DNA of 64,000 nt from Terriglobia bacterium (GTDB taxonomy: Bacteria > Acidobacteriota > Terriglobia > 20CM-2-55-15): NCBI GenBank assembly GCA_965216035.1, contig CBDCFM010000021.1, positions 744,231 to 808,230 on the forward strand. The letters are read 5' to 3'. Made by a program: the position numbers and the translations under genes. Positions within the stretch are counted from its first letter, which is position 1, and every line of letters starts with the position of its first letter. Shown piece by piece: positions 27,780 through 37,209 of this stretch. A model generated the notes under the pieces. It ran no database searches. It was not told the origin of the DNA and saw nothing but the letters and a program-made list of their open reading frames with translations.

Positions 27780-29330
27780 AGAGCGGTACGGACACCAGTA
27801 GTTGGCCGTGTAGCGAGTTTGCCGGGTTCCGGTTTTCCGGATTATGCCCATTCGATCATCCCGTTCATTCGTCGTAAGTTGACCGCCAGAGTGACCAGAT
27901 TCCACTCACCGGTCACCTTGTCCAAACCGCGTAGGCTGAACTGTCGGAATCCGAGCACCGACTTGATCCACCCGAACGGTGGCTCACCGATGTGCTTTCG
28001 GGCCCGGTAGCGATCACGCCCACGCTTGGTTTGCATCTTTCTCACCATCCGGCCAAACGCAGTGTCTTGGGGTGGGAGTGGCGCATCGGCCAGATCCTTC
28101 TCGCGTCCCATCGGAACATACCCGTCAATTTTACGTTGTTCCAACATCCCCAGATTCGACTCGGATCGATATCCCGCATCGGCCAGGACGCGGGCGGGAC
28201 GCTCTCCCAGATTGTCGTTCAGCGCATCCAGGTTGGGTTTCAACTGCCCCACGTCCGAGGCATTGTCGCTCACCGTTGTCGCCACGATGATCCGGGCCTC
28301 GGAATCCACCACCACCTGCGCGTTGTAGCATTGCTGGAAACCTTCGGTAGAGGTCTTCATGATCCGGCTTTCCGGATCTGTGAAGTTGTTCTGGGCCGTC
28401 GGCTTGGGTTCTCCCATCGGACGTTTGTATGGCTTCTTTCCGCATCCGGGCTTGTGATCTTCCCCGTTCCGGCCCGCTTCCTGGTCCGCGGCCATCTGAC
28501 GGTCTTCGAGCCGCTTCATTGCCGCCTGGATCGTGGCCAGGCGCTTCTTGCGCGTCGACAACCCGTCGGGCAGTTCGTCGCCGCGCCAGTCGGAGCCGTA
28601 ACGCTGATCTTCGTCCTCATCGGTCGCGGTGGCCCGGTTCAACAGATCCCGAATCTGTTCACCCAATTCGGTCTCCTGCTTTTTCATGCGTTCATAGCTC
28701 ATCGCTTTGCGTTTGCCCGCATTCGCCCGCATCTTGGTCCCGTCCACCGCCACGGTCCCCATCTTCACCAGTCCCGCTTCCCGCGCCATCATCACCACTT
28801 GCACAAACAGGTTCCCGAACTCCTCAAGATGCAGTTTGCGAAAATCCGAGATCGTCCGGTGCGCGGGAAAGTTCTCCGCTCCCAACATCCGGAACGCCAC
28901 GTCGTCGGTCAACTTCGCCGCGATTTTCCGCGACGAGAACACTCCCGTCGCGTACCCGTAGATCAGCACCTTCACCATCATCCGCGGATCGTACGCCTGA
29001 TTGCCCGGTCCGTCCGTTCCATACCGCTGCTCGAACGCGCTCAAATCCATGGCGTCCACCGCATCCGATATGAAGTACGACAGGTGATCTTCGGCCAGCC
29101 AATCCCTCAGCGACGGCGGCATCAGCAGGCTCTGTTCTGGGATATAGGTTCGATAGGTTCGTGGCATGTCCTATCTTCAATCTTTATCCGCCCAATTCCG
29201 GTCCTTCTGCCGCGCAGGCTCCTAGCCGTCATTTTCCTTTCTCCCGGCGATTTGCCCCGGTGCGGATTCTTCCAGATCCGCTCAAAGCTATACTCTTCCG
29301 ACGCTTGGATTATCAGTTCGTGACCGTGAC
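27780..29330 (-). mobile_element. IS1182-family insertion sequence; ends not resolved
   Basis: Inferred from the transposase ORF 27842..29167 (-). I could not locate convincing terminal inverted repeats by eye. Confidence 0.4.
27842..29167 (-). CDS. IS1182-family (IS5-like DDE) transposase
   Basis: 441 aa. N-terminal InsH-like region (PEQSLLMPPSLRDWLAEDHL…YDPRMMVKVLIYGYATGVFSSRKI) and a C-terminal DDE region (VVDSEARIIV…DAGYRSESN…). Confidence 0.8.
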   Translation of the reverse strand: MPRTYRTYIPEQSLLMPPSLRDWLAEDHLSYFISDAVDAMDLSAFEQRYGTDGPGNQAYDPRMMVKVLIYGYATGVFSSRKIAAKLTDDVAFRMLGAENFPAHRTISDFRKLHLEEFGNLFVQVVMMAREAGLVKMGTVAVDGTKMRANAGKRKAMSYERMKKQETELGEQIRDLLNRATATDEDEDQRYGSDWRGDELPDGLSTRKKRLATIQAAMKRLEDRQMAADQEAGRNGEDHKPGCGKKPYKRPMGEPKPTAQNNFTDPESRIMKTSTEGFQQCYNAQVVVDSEARIIVATTVSDNASDVGQLKPNLDALNDNLGERPARVLADAGYRSESNLGMLEQRKIDGYVPMGREKDLADAPLPPQDTAFGRMVRKMQTKRGRDRYRARKHIGEPPFGWIKSVLGFRQFSLRGLDKVTGEWNLVTLAVNLRRMNGMIEWA

Positions 29331-29734
29331 CGAGTCAAGCTCAGTCATGAGAGCAACCGCACGCAGCCTCTGCTCGGCGCGCTGTGCTTCGAACCCGGAA
29401 GGGCGGTCGGTCCGTCACACACGCAGCAATTTACTTTCGTGAGGAATGGTGACCCCAGAGTTGGCACCTCGCCGTCCCATCCTGCTGGCGATTGCGATTG
29501 AAACATGCGGGGTTCGGTGGTGCGAACGCGCATCGATCCCCATGGAAACGACAGTAGCCCTTGCAATTGGTGGGTCACGTGGGAACAATGGCCCCATGTT
29601 CGGGTCCCGGCGGGGATCATTCGCTCCGTCTCGCCAGGACCGATCCAGAACTTTCAAAAAAGTATGTCCAGAAGATTCCAGGCATTCGAACCGCTGACAC
29701 CAGAAGCGTGAGTCGCGCACTGTCAAATTTGGGA

Positions 29735-31213
29735 ATGGCCCCCTACCGGTGGACTCCGGCGGCTGCTCTCATTGGCTTCAGTGGAGCGGGTCTGATTGCT
29801 GTGCTGGCCTCGGCCGCGAGTCCGACGATTGCACTGGTCGGGCTTGTCGCACTGGCGGGAGGTATCGGAATCCTGGTTTCGCCCCGCTTCGGATTGCTGC
29901 TGCTCGCGTTTTCGCTCCCCTTCGAGAGGATTGGAAGGCTCACGAACGACGCTGACCCGGTTGCCATCTCTGCAAGCCGCCTGATCGGGGTGGCCGCTCT
30001 CGGCGCATTCTTGCTCCACGCGCTACTAAAGCGCCAGAATCTGCATTTCGGATGGCCCTTCTGGCTGTTCTCGGGCTTTACCGCGATTGCATTCCTGACG
30101 AACGGATGGACCGCCACGCCTGAAGACACGTTCCGGGATTCCGTGCGAATCCTTGCGAACCTGCTTTTCTTTTTCTATGCGATCAACGCCATTCGCGACT
30201 ACCGGACCGCGCGCCATGTGGTGGTGGCCTGGATGTTAGGTTCAATGCTGGCCGGAGCGTACTCGCTGGGAGACTACTATGTGTTTCAGAGTACGGCTCT
30301 CAGCGAGACGGAAGTGGGACTGACCAGTGAGCGGGTCTCAGGAACCGTCGTCAGCGACAGCGCGGAAGCCCGGGTGCTGGGGATGAACGTCCGTCGCCTG
30401 TTCGGCACCACCGCACATCCCGCGATTTTCGGGCTCAACAATCTTATGGTGCTGCCATTCTTCATCTGGGCCATTCGCACACAACGTCGGAGGTGGAGAG
30501 CACTGTGGATTCCGGGCCTCGTGATTTCACTCATGTGCGTTTTACTCAGTAACACACGGGCATGTCTACTCATCCTGCTCTTAGTCGGAGGATACGCACT
30601 GATGCGACGCCTGATTCCCGCCACCGCCACTGTCGGTCTGGCCGGATTGGTGGCCGCAATCGCGATCGTGTCCCTGATTCCAGAGGATGTGTACGTGCGG
30701 ACACTCGATCCGTCGCTGTACACGACGTCAGGTGCAGACGGCGTCCGGGCCAGATTCACATTGCTGTCGGCCAGCGTGGAATTGATTGAGGGCAGCTTCT
30801 TAACGGGAATCGGCGTCGGCGATCAAACAACGCTGGTCGAGATGATCACGAACGAGAACACAGGTTTTTTGTCGACGGTGGGACTCCGCGGATCGGCCCA
30901 CAATGAGTACCTGTGGATCCTCGTCGAAGCTGGAATCTTCGGATTCCTGTTCTTTTACGGCTTCGTCTGGATGGTGACATCTGCGAATTTCAAGCTGGCC
31001 GCACGCCTCCGAAACACACGCGGTCCGGATACTCGGGAACAGTATCTTTTCGTTCTCGCAGCACAATGCGTCATTGTGGCGGTGCTGATCTTCGCCCTGC
31101 AGAGCCTGCCATTCCACTATCCGCTGAAGGGATGGTGGCTGGCAATTGCCATTAGCTACGTCATGTGGGAGAACTTGAGATCAACTGAACAGGGTTCCCG
31201 AACACCCGCCTAG
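29735..31213 (+). CDS. O-antigen ligase / Wzy-like polymerase family integral membrane protein
   Basis: At least 10 TM helices with a large periplasmic loop, the typical Wzy_C topology. Start taken at MAPYRW. The ORF-track entry starts at 29561. Confidence 0.65.
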   Translation: MAPYRWTPAAALIGFSGAGLIAVLASAASPTIALVGLVALAGGIGILVSPRFGLLLLAFSLPFERIGRLTNDADPVAISASRLIGVAALGAFLLHALLKRQNLHFGWPFWLFSGFTAIAFLTNGWTATPEDTFRDSVRILANLLFFFYAINAIRDYRTARHVVVAWMLGSMLAGAYSLGDYYVFQSTALSETEVGLTSERVSGTVVSDSAEARVLGMNVRRLFGTTAHPAIFGLNNLMVLPFFIWAIRTQRRRWRALWIPGLVISLMCVLLSNTRACLLILLLVGGYALMRRLIPATATVGLAGLVAAIAIVSLIPEDVYVRTLDPSLYTTSGADGVRARFTLLSASVELIEGSFLTGIGVGDQTTLVEMITNENTGFLSTVGLRGSAHNEYLWILVEAGIFGFLFFYGFVWMVTSANFKLAARLRNTRGPDTREQYLFVLAAQCVIVAVLIFALQSLPFHYPLKGWWLAIAISYVMWENLRSTEQGSRTPA

Positions 31214-31349
31214 GACCAAAAGTGCAGCAGACACCCATTCGCTTGGCATCAGGGTCCTGGAGAAGCTGTTCATCTTCGCCCGACTGTTCAGACCGGCAAG
31301 AGAGCGCATCACTCTTGGCAAATACAACGATCTTGGGGAGCGTGAACAT

Positions 31350-31817
31350 GTGAGCCGCTACCAGTTAGCCCGCCGCTTCTGCGAGGGCAAAGTCGTTGCC
31401 GACGTTGCCTGCGGAACGGGTTACGGATCCGGGATCCTCCGTGAAGTTGCCGCATCCGTCGATTCCTACGACAAGGAGCCCCTGGTCGGTAACTCAGCCA
31501 TTGATCTCGAATGGGAGAGTTGGGACGCCCGTTACGAAGTCATCGTCAGTTTCGAGACCATCGATCACCTCGAGAATCCTAAGTTCGTGCTCGAAAACGC
31601 CCGAAAGACGACGGACCTCCTGGTCGTTTCATCGCCGATTGGAGAGCTCCCGGGCTACAACCCTCACCATAAGCCGGTCTGGACGCTTCCGGTGTCTTTG
31701 GCAATGCTGGAAAAGGAATTCGATTGCACCGTTTACTATCAAACGGTCGAAACAATCAGCGACGAACCCACAAAGCCGATCAGATACGTCATCGTTGCCG
31801 CGGCGGCCAGAAACTGA
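31350..31817 (+). CDS. Short class I SAM-dependent methyltransferase
   Basis: Motif I VADVACGTGYGSGIL. 155 aa. Confidence 0.6.
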   Translation: MSRYQLARRFCEGKVVADVACGTGYGSGILREVAASVDSYDKEPLVGNSAIDLEWESWDARYEVIVSFETIDHLENPKFVLENARKTTDLLVVSSPIGELPGYNPHHKPVWTLPVSLAMLEKEFDCTVYYQTVETISDEPTKPIRYVIVAAAARN

Positions 31818-32469
31818 GGTCTCTCATCGGGTGCCCGCTTACAATTCCCTCGTGCGGTTGGCGGTCACTGGGAACTCGGAAACTGCTTGGGCGCCACTGG
31901 CCGTACATGTCCAGCCCCGTTCGAACCCCTGGTCCACTCGACGAAAACGGGGGTGCGAATATCTTTGACAAAGCACCATCCGAATGGGACAAGAAATGCG
32001 TCTGCTTTGCAGATTGTGTCTCCTTGGTGAAGGGCGGATTTGCGCTAAGTCCGCCTTTCACTTTCATTGCATGTTGCGTTTCGATGACAGAGGACCATCT
32101 ACGATCGATTAGCGTCGAAAAACGAGAGGCGAACCATGACGGATTATTGCACCTGCGAATCTCGACGGATTGACCGAGCGTTTTTGAGTGGCAGCCTCGT
32201 CTACTGCTCAAACTGCGATCGGCCCGTCTGCTGTGACGCTTTTGCTCTCGATGTCCGCGTAGGACGCCACGCAGCTGAGATCACTAACGACGAGCATTTC
32301 GCATGTTGGCGGCACTGGGACAGCGTTGTTGGCCAAAGACCACGTGTTCACTAGGCAGATGAAGTAAGGCAATACAGGGAACGCGAGTGTGACGCATCAT
32401 GCTGCTTCTTAGTCCCTGCAATCCGCTTGACGGTGAGCGTTGCCGATCGTTCGACATTGTTGTTGAATC

Positions 32470-33222
32470 TCACGAGAGGATGTCGATGATTTGCGGGACC
32501 GTTCCCCGTTCTCCAAGTCGAATGGCTTTGGTGACCACGCCGCCAACACCGACCGGACCCTGAACGAGGTGGCCCAGCTTCAGCACTTCGCTATCCAGTT
32601 GCCCGATCGATTGCGCCTGCTCGGCCTCATTGAGCGGCGCCAGGCGCTCGGCCACCGACCAGGCATGGTTTCGGGCATTTTCCATGCTGAAGTTGATAAT
32701 GGCTGTTTCAACGTTGCCCAGATACCGATTCAGTAGGCGGAGCGTCATCCAGACCTGCGCCAATTCATCCATCACGCTGCCCACCAATGAGGCAAGGAGG
32801 ATATTGATCTTGTTGAAGTCATCTTTCAGTTCCGGCAACTGCCCGGGCCCTGCGGTCCGGGCTGCCGCGATGCTCAGATCCAGGTTGATGTGAGCGTTGA
32901 TACTCAGTAACAGATGTTGGAGAACGATAGGCCACCAGCGCTCGCCGATGTCAAAAGCAAAGCGCCAGGATTCGGTGGGCTTGCCGCCGCTGTGATATTC
33001 CTCGAAAGCGTCGAGGTAACGCTGCGCGAATAGAACGTCGAGTCGTTCCATCCGTTCCCCATCGTCGAAAAACCCAGCCTCGATGCCTTTCTTCACCTCG
33101 ATGGTGACTTTACGATAGAGGGCGGCAAAATACCCGCTCCGGGACCGGTCCGCCTTTGCCCCGTCGACGATACGGGTGATGCGCCCAATGACTTGATTGA
33201 TGGTTTCAAGCTTGCGGGCCAT
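32470..33222 (-). CDS. Hypothetical protein (DUF5995-like by recall)
   Basis: 250-aa ORF with no recognisable catalytic motif. Confidence 0.45.
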   Translation of the reverse strand: MARKLETINQVIGRITRIVDGAKADRSRSGYFAALYRKVTIEVKKGIEAGFFDDGERMERLDVLFAQRYLDAFEEYHSGGKPTESWRFAFDIGERWWPIVLQHLLLSINAHINLDLSIAAARTAGPGQLPELKDDFNKINILLASLVGSVMDELAQVWMTLRLLNRYLGNVETAIINFSMENARNHAWSVAERLAPLNEAEQAQSIGQLDSEVLKLGHLVQGPVGVGGVVTKAIRLGERGTVPQIIDILS

Positions 33223-33698
33223 AGCGGTGTGTCCTCCCGTACGTGATCAGAATTATTCGAAAGAAACCGCTGTTTTGCTCAGAGAATGTCTTCAAGTTAT
33301 ACCACTCGAACGGACTCTTAAGTTAAGGAGTATCCTTGGTTTCGGCGCTGGGTTTTTGGCGTCGGGATCAGCTGGAGACGAGAACAGACAGCAATAGGGA
33401 GGCCTCATGGCTTGTCGCCTGCCGCTCGGGTGTTGCCAGCGCATCAACCGGGGCGGTCGTCGAGCGACAGCTTTTTGGCCACGGACACGATAGCGGGGCC
33501 GTGGTAAACTCGGCCCGACAGCTACGCTTCGAAAAGGTCAGCTGCTCCGACGGGTAGCGAACCGGGAAATCGGGGAAAGCGATGAAGCGATCGGTTCTAG
33601 CACTGGTGTTGATTTTGGGAGCTTCAGCTCCGTTTGTGCACGCGCATCACTCGATGAGTTATTGTCAAAAGTGGTGTTTAGGAGATTGATTCAAGCGG

Positions 33699-33898
33699 CG
33701 GTCTGATCGAGCTTTGTCACTTCGATTCCATCGTTAAATTTCACTCCAGTAATCACCTTGACCAGATCATCGAATCCTCGTAATCGTCGCCAGTTCTCAG
33801 GTCTGATCGAGCTTTGTCACTTCGATTCCATCGTTAAATTTCACTCCAGTAATCACCTTGACCAGATCATCGAATCCTCGTAATCGTCGCCAGTTCTT
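33699..33898. repeat. Perfect tandem duplication of about 100 bp (2 x 98 identical nt) covering the 3' end of the transposase gene
   Basis: 'ggtctgatcgagctttgtcacttcgattccatcgttaaatttcactccagtaatcaccttgaccagatcatcgaatcctcgtaatcgtcgccagttct' occurs twice head-to-tail. The inner copy encodes the transposase C-terminus …VITGVKFNDGIEVTKLDQT*. Confidence 0.8.
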
Positions 33899-35038
33899 CT
33901 CAGCGCACTGACCCAGCTTGAACATCATGTGCAGCATTCCATGCCGTGTCAGGCAGCCTCTGGATCGCTTGGTTCGGTGTCGAATGGTGGCAAAGGTCGA
34001 TTCAATGGGATTGGTCGTTCGGATGCTCTGCCAGTGCTTGGCCGGAAAGCCGTAAAAGGCCAGCAGTTCTTCTCTGTCTTTCTGCAGGCAGACAGTGGCT
34101 TTCGGATACTTCGGCTCATAGGTTTCAATGAACAGATCGAATGCCTTCTCGGCATCTGCGTGTGTCTCAGCCTTCCAGATCGCGTGCAGTGCCTGTTTCG
34201 CTTTCGCCTGGACCGACTTGGGTAAGCAGTTGAGCACATTCATGGTCTTGTGCATCCAGCAGCGTTGTTGGTGTGTCTCGGGATAGATTTCCTCCAGTGC
34301 GGCCCAGAACCCCATCGCCCCGTCACCGATGGCCAAGTTCGGAATATTCATCCCTCGGGACTTCAGCTTCAACAAGACCTCACGCCAACTCTGTGTCGAT
34401 TCCCGTACACCGTCTTTGATCGCCAGAAAACGCTTCTCTCCGCGTTCATTCACGCCGATTACGACCAACGCACACAACTTGGTTTGTTCAGCTCGAAGTC
34501 CGCTGTAGATACCGTCGGCCCAGACATAGACCCAGCGGTCGGCGTCCAAACGCTGGTCGCACCCGATGCGGTACTCTTCAGCCCAGACCTGTTTCAAGCG
34601 CGATACCGTGCTCGCTGACAGGCCCTGCGCCTTCGGACCGACAAGAACTTTCAGGGCGTCACCCATCTCGCCGCTGGAGACGCCTTTCAAATACAACCAC
34701 GGCACGGCGGCTTCCATCGACTGCGTCTTCCGAATGTAGGGGGGTACCAGGGCCGAGCGGAACGTCACAGCTTCGCCCATCTTGGCGCGCACCTTCGGGA
34801 TTTGCACCGTTACCGGACCCAGGCCAGTCTGCAGCTCGCGTTCAGGCAGATAACCGTTGCGCACCACTCCAGCCTTGCCCGTCTCGGTTCGCCGATCGCC
34901 GTGCTGGGATAGCAGTTCGGACAGTTCGGCTTCCACAGCGCGTTGGATCAGCTCTTGCGCCCCGGCTCGTAGCAGGTCGGTCACTGGGTCTGCAATCGCT
35001 TCTCGATCTTCCAGTTCAATAACGATACTCTTACTCAT
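33797..35038 (-). CDS. IS256-family (Mutator-type) transposase
   Basis: MSKSIVIELEDREAIADPVTDLLRAGAQELIQRAVEAELSELL… is canonical for IS256. The ORF-track entry runs to a TTG at 35083. Confidence 0.85.
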   Translation of the reverse strand: MSKSIVIELEDREAIADPVTDLLRAGAQELIQRAVEAELSELLSQHGDRRTETGKAGVVRNGYLPERELQTGLGPVTVQIPKVRAKMGEAVTFRSALVPPYIRKTQSMEAAVPWLYLKGVSSGEMGDALKVLVGPKAQGLSASTVSRLKQVWAEEYRIGCDQRLDADRWVYVWADGIYSGLRAEQTKLCALVVIGVNERGEKRFLAIKDGVRESTQSWREVLLKLKSRGMNIPNLAIGDGAMGFWAALEEIYPETHQQRCWMHKTMNVLNCLPKSVQAKAKQALHAIWKAETHADAEKAFDLFIETYEPKYPKATVCLQKDREELLAFYGFPAKHWQSIRTTNPIESTFATIRHRTKRSRGCLTRHGMLHMMFKLGQCAEKNWRRLRGFDDLVKVITGVKFNDGIEVTKLDQT

Positions 35039-35817
35039 AGTGGCGTATCTCCTTTGGTTGCTTTGAAGTCTTGTAAACAACAAATCAACCAGATACGCCG
35101 CTTTTCTTCAATCCCTCAAACACCAGATTCGGTTATAACTCCTCGATTGCTGGTATGTATAACACTCGAGAAGAGATTACGATCGAAGGGATCGTCTCAG
35201 AACTCCGATTCCGCAATCCACATCCTATCCTGATCGTCAGCGTTGGGGACGCGGTTAACGCGACCGAGTGGCTGCTCGAGATGGACAATCGCAGAGAGCT
35301 TTCCAGGATTGGCATGACGAGCGATACGTTGAGGCCCGGAGACCGTGTCGTCGTCGTCGGCAACCCTTCCCTCCGAGTGTCGCAGCGCGCCTACATCCGC
35401 CGTCTTGACCGTCCTGCGGACGGATTCGGATACGAACAGGTCGGCAACAGCCCCCGGATAAACACACCGTCCCGCTAACGTTCCTTGAGTCCTCGTGAAG
35501 CTAACGGCGACGTGGCTGCACTATCAGGTTAAGCCCTCCGGCAACGTTCGCACTTCCTCTGTACCGCCATCAGCAAACGCGGCAAGCGCGCTGCTGTCGA
35601 ATCAAAAACCTGACAATTTAGGCATATATCTGACGAATTGATCGAACGTCCGTGATGCTCGGAGATCCAAGCCCACTCTAAACTCAGTCTGTAACATCAA
35701 GCGAGTTTGGCCGTTGAATTGCCAGAAACCTTCTTACATTGCACAGAACGGGTGCAAGTACTCTCGCGCATTTGAGTGTCCAGCGGGTACCGGGTTAATT
35801 TGCAGGGAGGCGCAACG

Positions 35818-36021
35818 ATGTCACGCTTTCGGGGAAAGAACCTCACCAAGTACGAGCTTCAACGAATCCAGATGTTGCTGGCGGATACGGACCTGGCTAT
35901 GCCCTTGATCGCCGAACGGATGAACTGCAGCCGAGGTAATGTCGCGAGGATCAACAAGGCACTCCGGATTCGCTCATACAGTGGGCAGCGCAGCAATTGG
36001 GCGATAGCAGGTGTCCCATAG
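35818..36021 (+). CDS. Small helix-turn-helix protein (candidate)
   Basis: MSRFRGKNLTKYELQRIQMLLADTDLAMPLIAERMNCSRGNVARINKALRI has an HTH-like pattern. Confidence 0.3.
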   Translation: MSRFRGKNLTKYELQRIQMLLADTDLAMPLIAERMNCSRGNVARINKALRIRSYSGQRSNWAIAGVP

Positions 36022-36305
36022 TAGCAGTTGACCTGTCAGGGTGGGGTCAACTTAACAAGCCCAAGGCAGCATGAGGCGGATTGGCTCACTTGCCAGGCGG
36101 CTGTGACCGTGGCCCACACCGCGACAGAGCGTGCTCTTGGTTTATGGGTGGTGAGCCACCAGAATCCCGACCGACCTACCGTCAACAGATTTCAAATGTC
36201 AATCACATCGCCGATCTACCGCACCCCGATCGGGCTGATGACAGTAAAGCATGTATGATGTGCGAATCGAAAGTTCCCGCTGAATGGCGTCTGACTGGAG
36301 GGATC

Positions 36306-36800
36306 ATGAGAAAACTCGTGTTTCAATTTGCGGCTGTCGTTTTTGCGAGCGCTTGGGTGTTGCCAGCCTTGGCGCAGTTACCGGTCCGTCATGTTCTTCC
36401 GGTGACGCTGGCCAAGAAAATGGCCGATGTCGCGACCCAGACCTGCTCGGAAATGGGTTTCAGCATTTCCGTTCATGTTGTGGACGCTGCAGGCGATACT
36501 CTCATAGCCTATCGCGGTGAGAATTCCGGAGTGCACACCTTCGTGAACAGCTTCCGCAAGGCCTATTCCGCGATGACGTTTCGCCGGCCATCTGCGACGT
36601 TCGGAGAGCGTTTGGAAACCGGCGACACGGGTGCGCAGCTGCAATTGATGCTGCCCGACATGGCGGGCCAGCAGGGAGGTCTTCCGATCCGTGTTGGCGA
36701 GGAAGTGATCGGGGGTATTGGTGCTTCCGGGGCAGGTATGGGTGCAGATTCGAGGTGTGTTCAGGCCGGGCTGGACGCTGTCGCCGCGAATCTGCGCTAG
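36306..36800 (+). CDS. GlcG/HbpS-like heme-binding (DUF336) secreted protein
   Basis: Signal peptide MRKLVFQFAAVVFASAWVLPALA with a GGAGGG ribosome-binding site. C-terminal LPIRVGEEVIGGIGASGAGMGADSRCVQAGLDAV is typical of GlcG-family proteins. Confidence 0.7.
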   Translation: MRKLVFQFAAVVFASAWVLPALAQLPVRHVLPVTLAKKMADVATQTCSEMGFSISVHVVDAAGDTLIAYRGENSGVHTFVNSFRKAYSAMTFRRPSATFGERLETGDTGAQLQLMLPDMAGQQGGLPIRVGEEVIGGIGASGAGMGADSRCVQAGLDAVAANLR

Positions 36801-36868
36801 CCCAGCTGAATGTCAGCCAAAGAAAGCCCTCCGGTCATGGATAGTTGGAGTTATTTGTTTTCAAGTAA

Positions 36869-36941
36869 AGCCAACGAGCGGATTTGAACCGCTGACCTGC
36901 TGATTACGAATCAGCTGCTCTACCAGCTGAGCTACGTTGGC
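36869..36941 (-). tRNA. tRNA-Thr (anticodon CGT)
   Basis: Reverse complement gccaacgTAGCTCAGCTGGTAGAGCagctgaTTCGTAAtcagcAGGTCagcggTTCAAATccgctcgttggcT folds as a cloverleaf: 7-bp acceptor stem, D-arm, anticodon loop uuCGUaa, TψC arm. Confidence 0.85.
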
Positions 36942-37044
36942 AAGAAAGTCGTCTGACCCGTTGTTTATAGCAAATAAAACCTTTGGATTCAATGGTATGG
37001 ATCGAATCACCCACCCTTTTTGAATCGCCTGCTTGACACGCTGA

Positions 37045-37072
37045 GCTCCGTCGACAAAAAAATGCTCACCCA
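37045..37072 (-). terminator. Rho-independent terminator downstream of the gene ending at 37210
   Basis: On the minus strand, the stem-loop GCTCACCC-TTT-GGGTGAGC is followed by TTTTTTT. Confidence 0.5.
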
Positions 37073-37209
37073 AAGGGTGAGCAAGAGTTGTAAAGAGAGA
37101 TTGGATCTTCCCCTCGGAAAGGGATAGATAGCTCCAATGTACCCATAATTTAAATAGGGGGTTGGGGCTTGTCAACAAAAATCCTTTCTTATGACCGAAG
37201 CCGTTGCGT

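Larger units (their letters stand above)
33656..35141 (-). mobile_element. IS256-family insertion sequence, about 1.49 kb
   Basis: Imperfect terminal inverted repeats: left gagttattgtcaaaagtggtgtttaggagattga…aagcggcg, right ggagttataaccgaatctggtgtttgagggattga…aagcggcg. Flanked by a 6-bp direct repeat CTCGAT. Coordinates are within 1-2 nt. Confidence 0.75.
33582..35478 (+). pseudogene. DUF6152-like small secreted protein gene split by the IS256-family element. The 5' part is about 33582-33655 and the 3' part about 35142-35478.
   Basis: MKRSVLALVLILGASAPFVHAHHS lies at the left junction. YNTREEITIEGIVSELRFRNPHP… resumes in the same frame after the element. The reconstructed protein aligns with the intact paralog at 57201..57557 (AHHS…EIT.EG.V.E…NPH…PGD.V.V.G.P). 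Confidence 0.7.

Noticed and set aside
36942-37209. Possible integration site or attachment repeats next to tRNA-Thr
   Set aside because: No direct repeat of the tRNA 3' end and no integrase gene were found nearby. The AT-rich spacer contains only the terminator hairpin.
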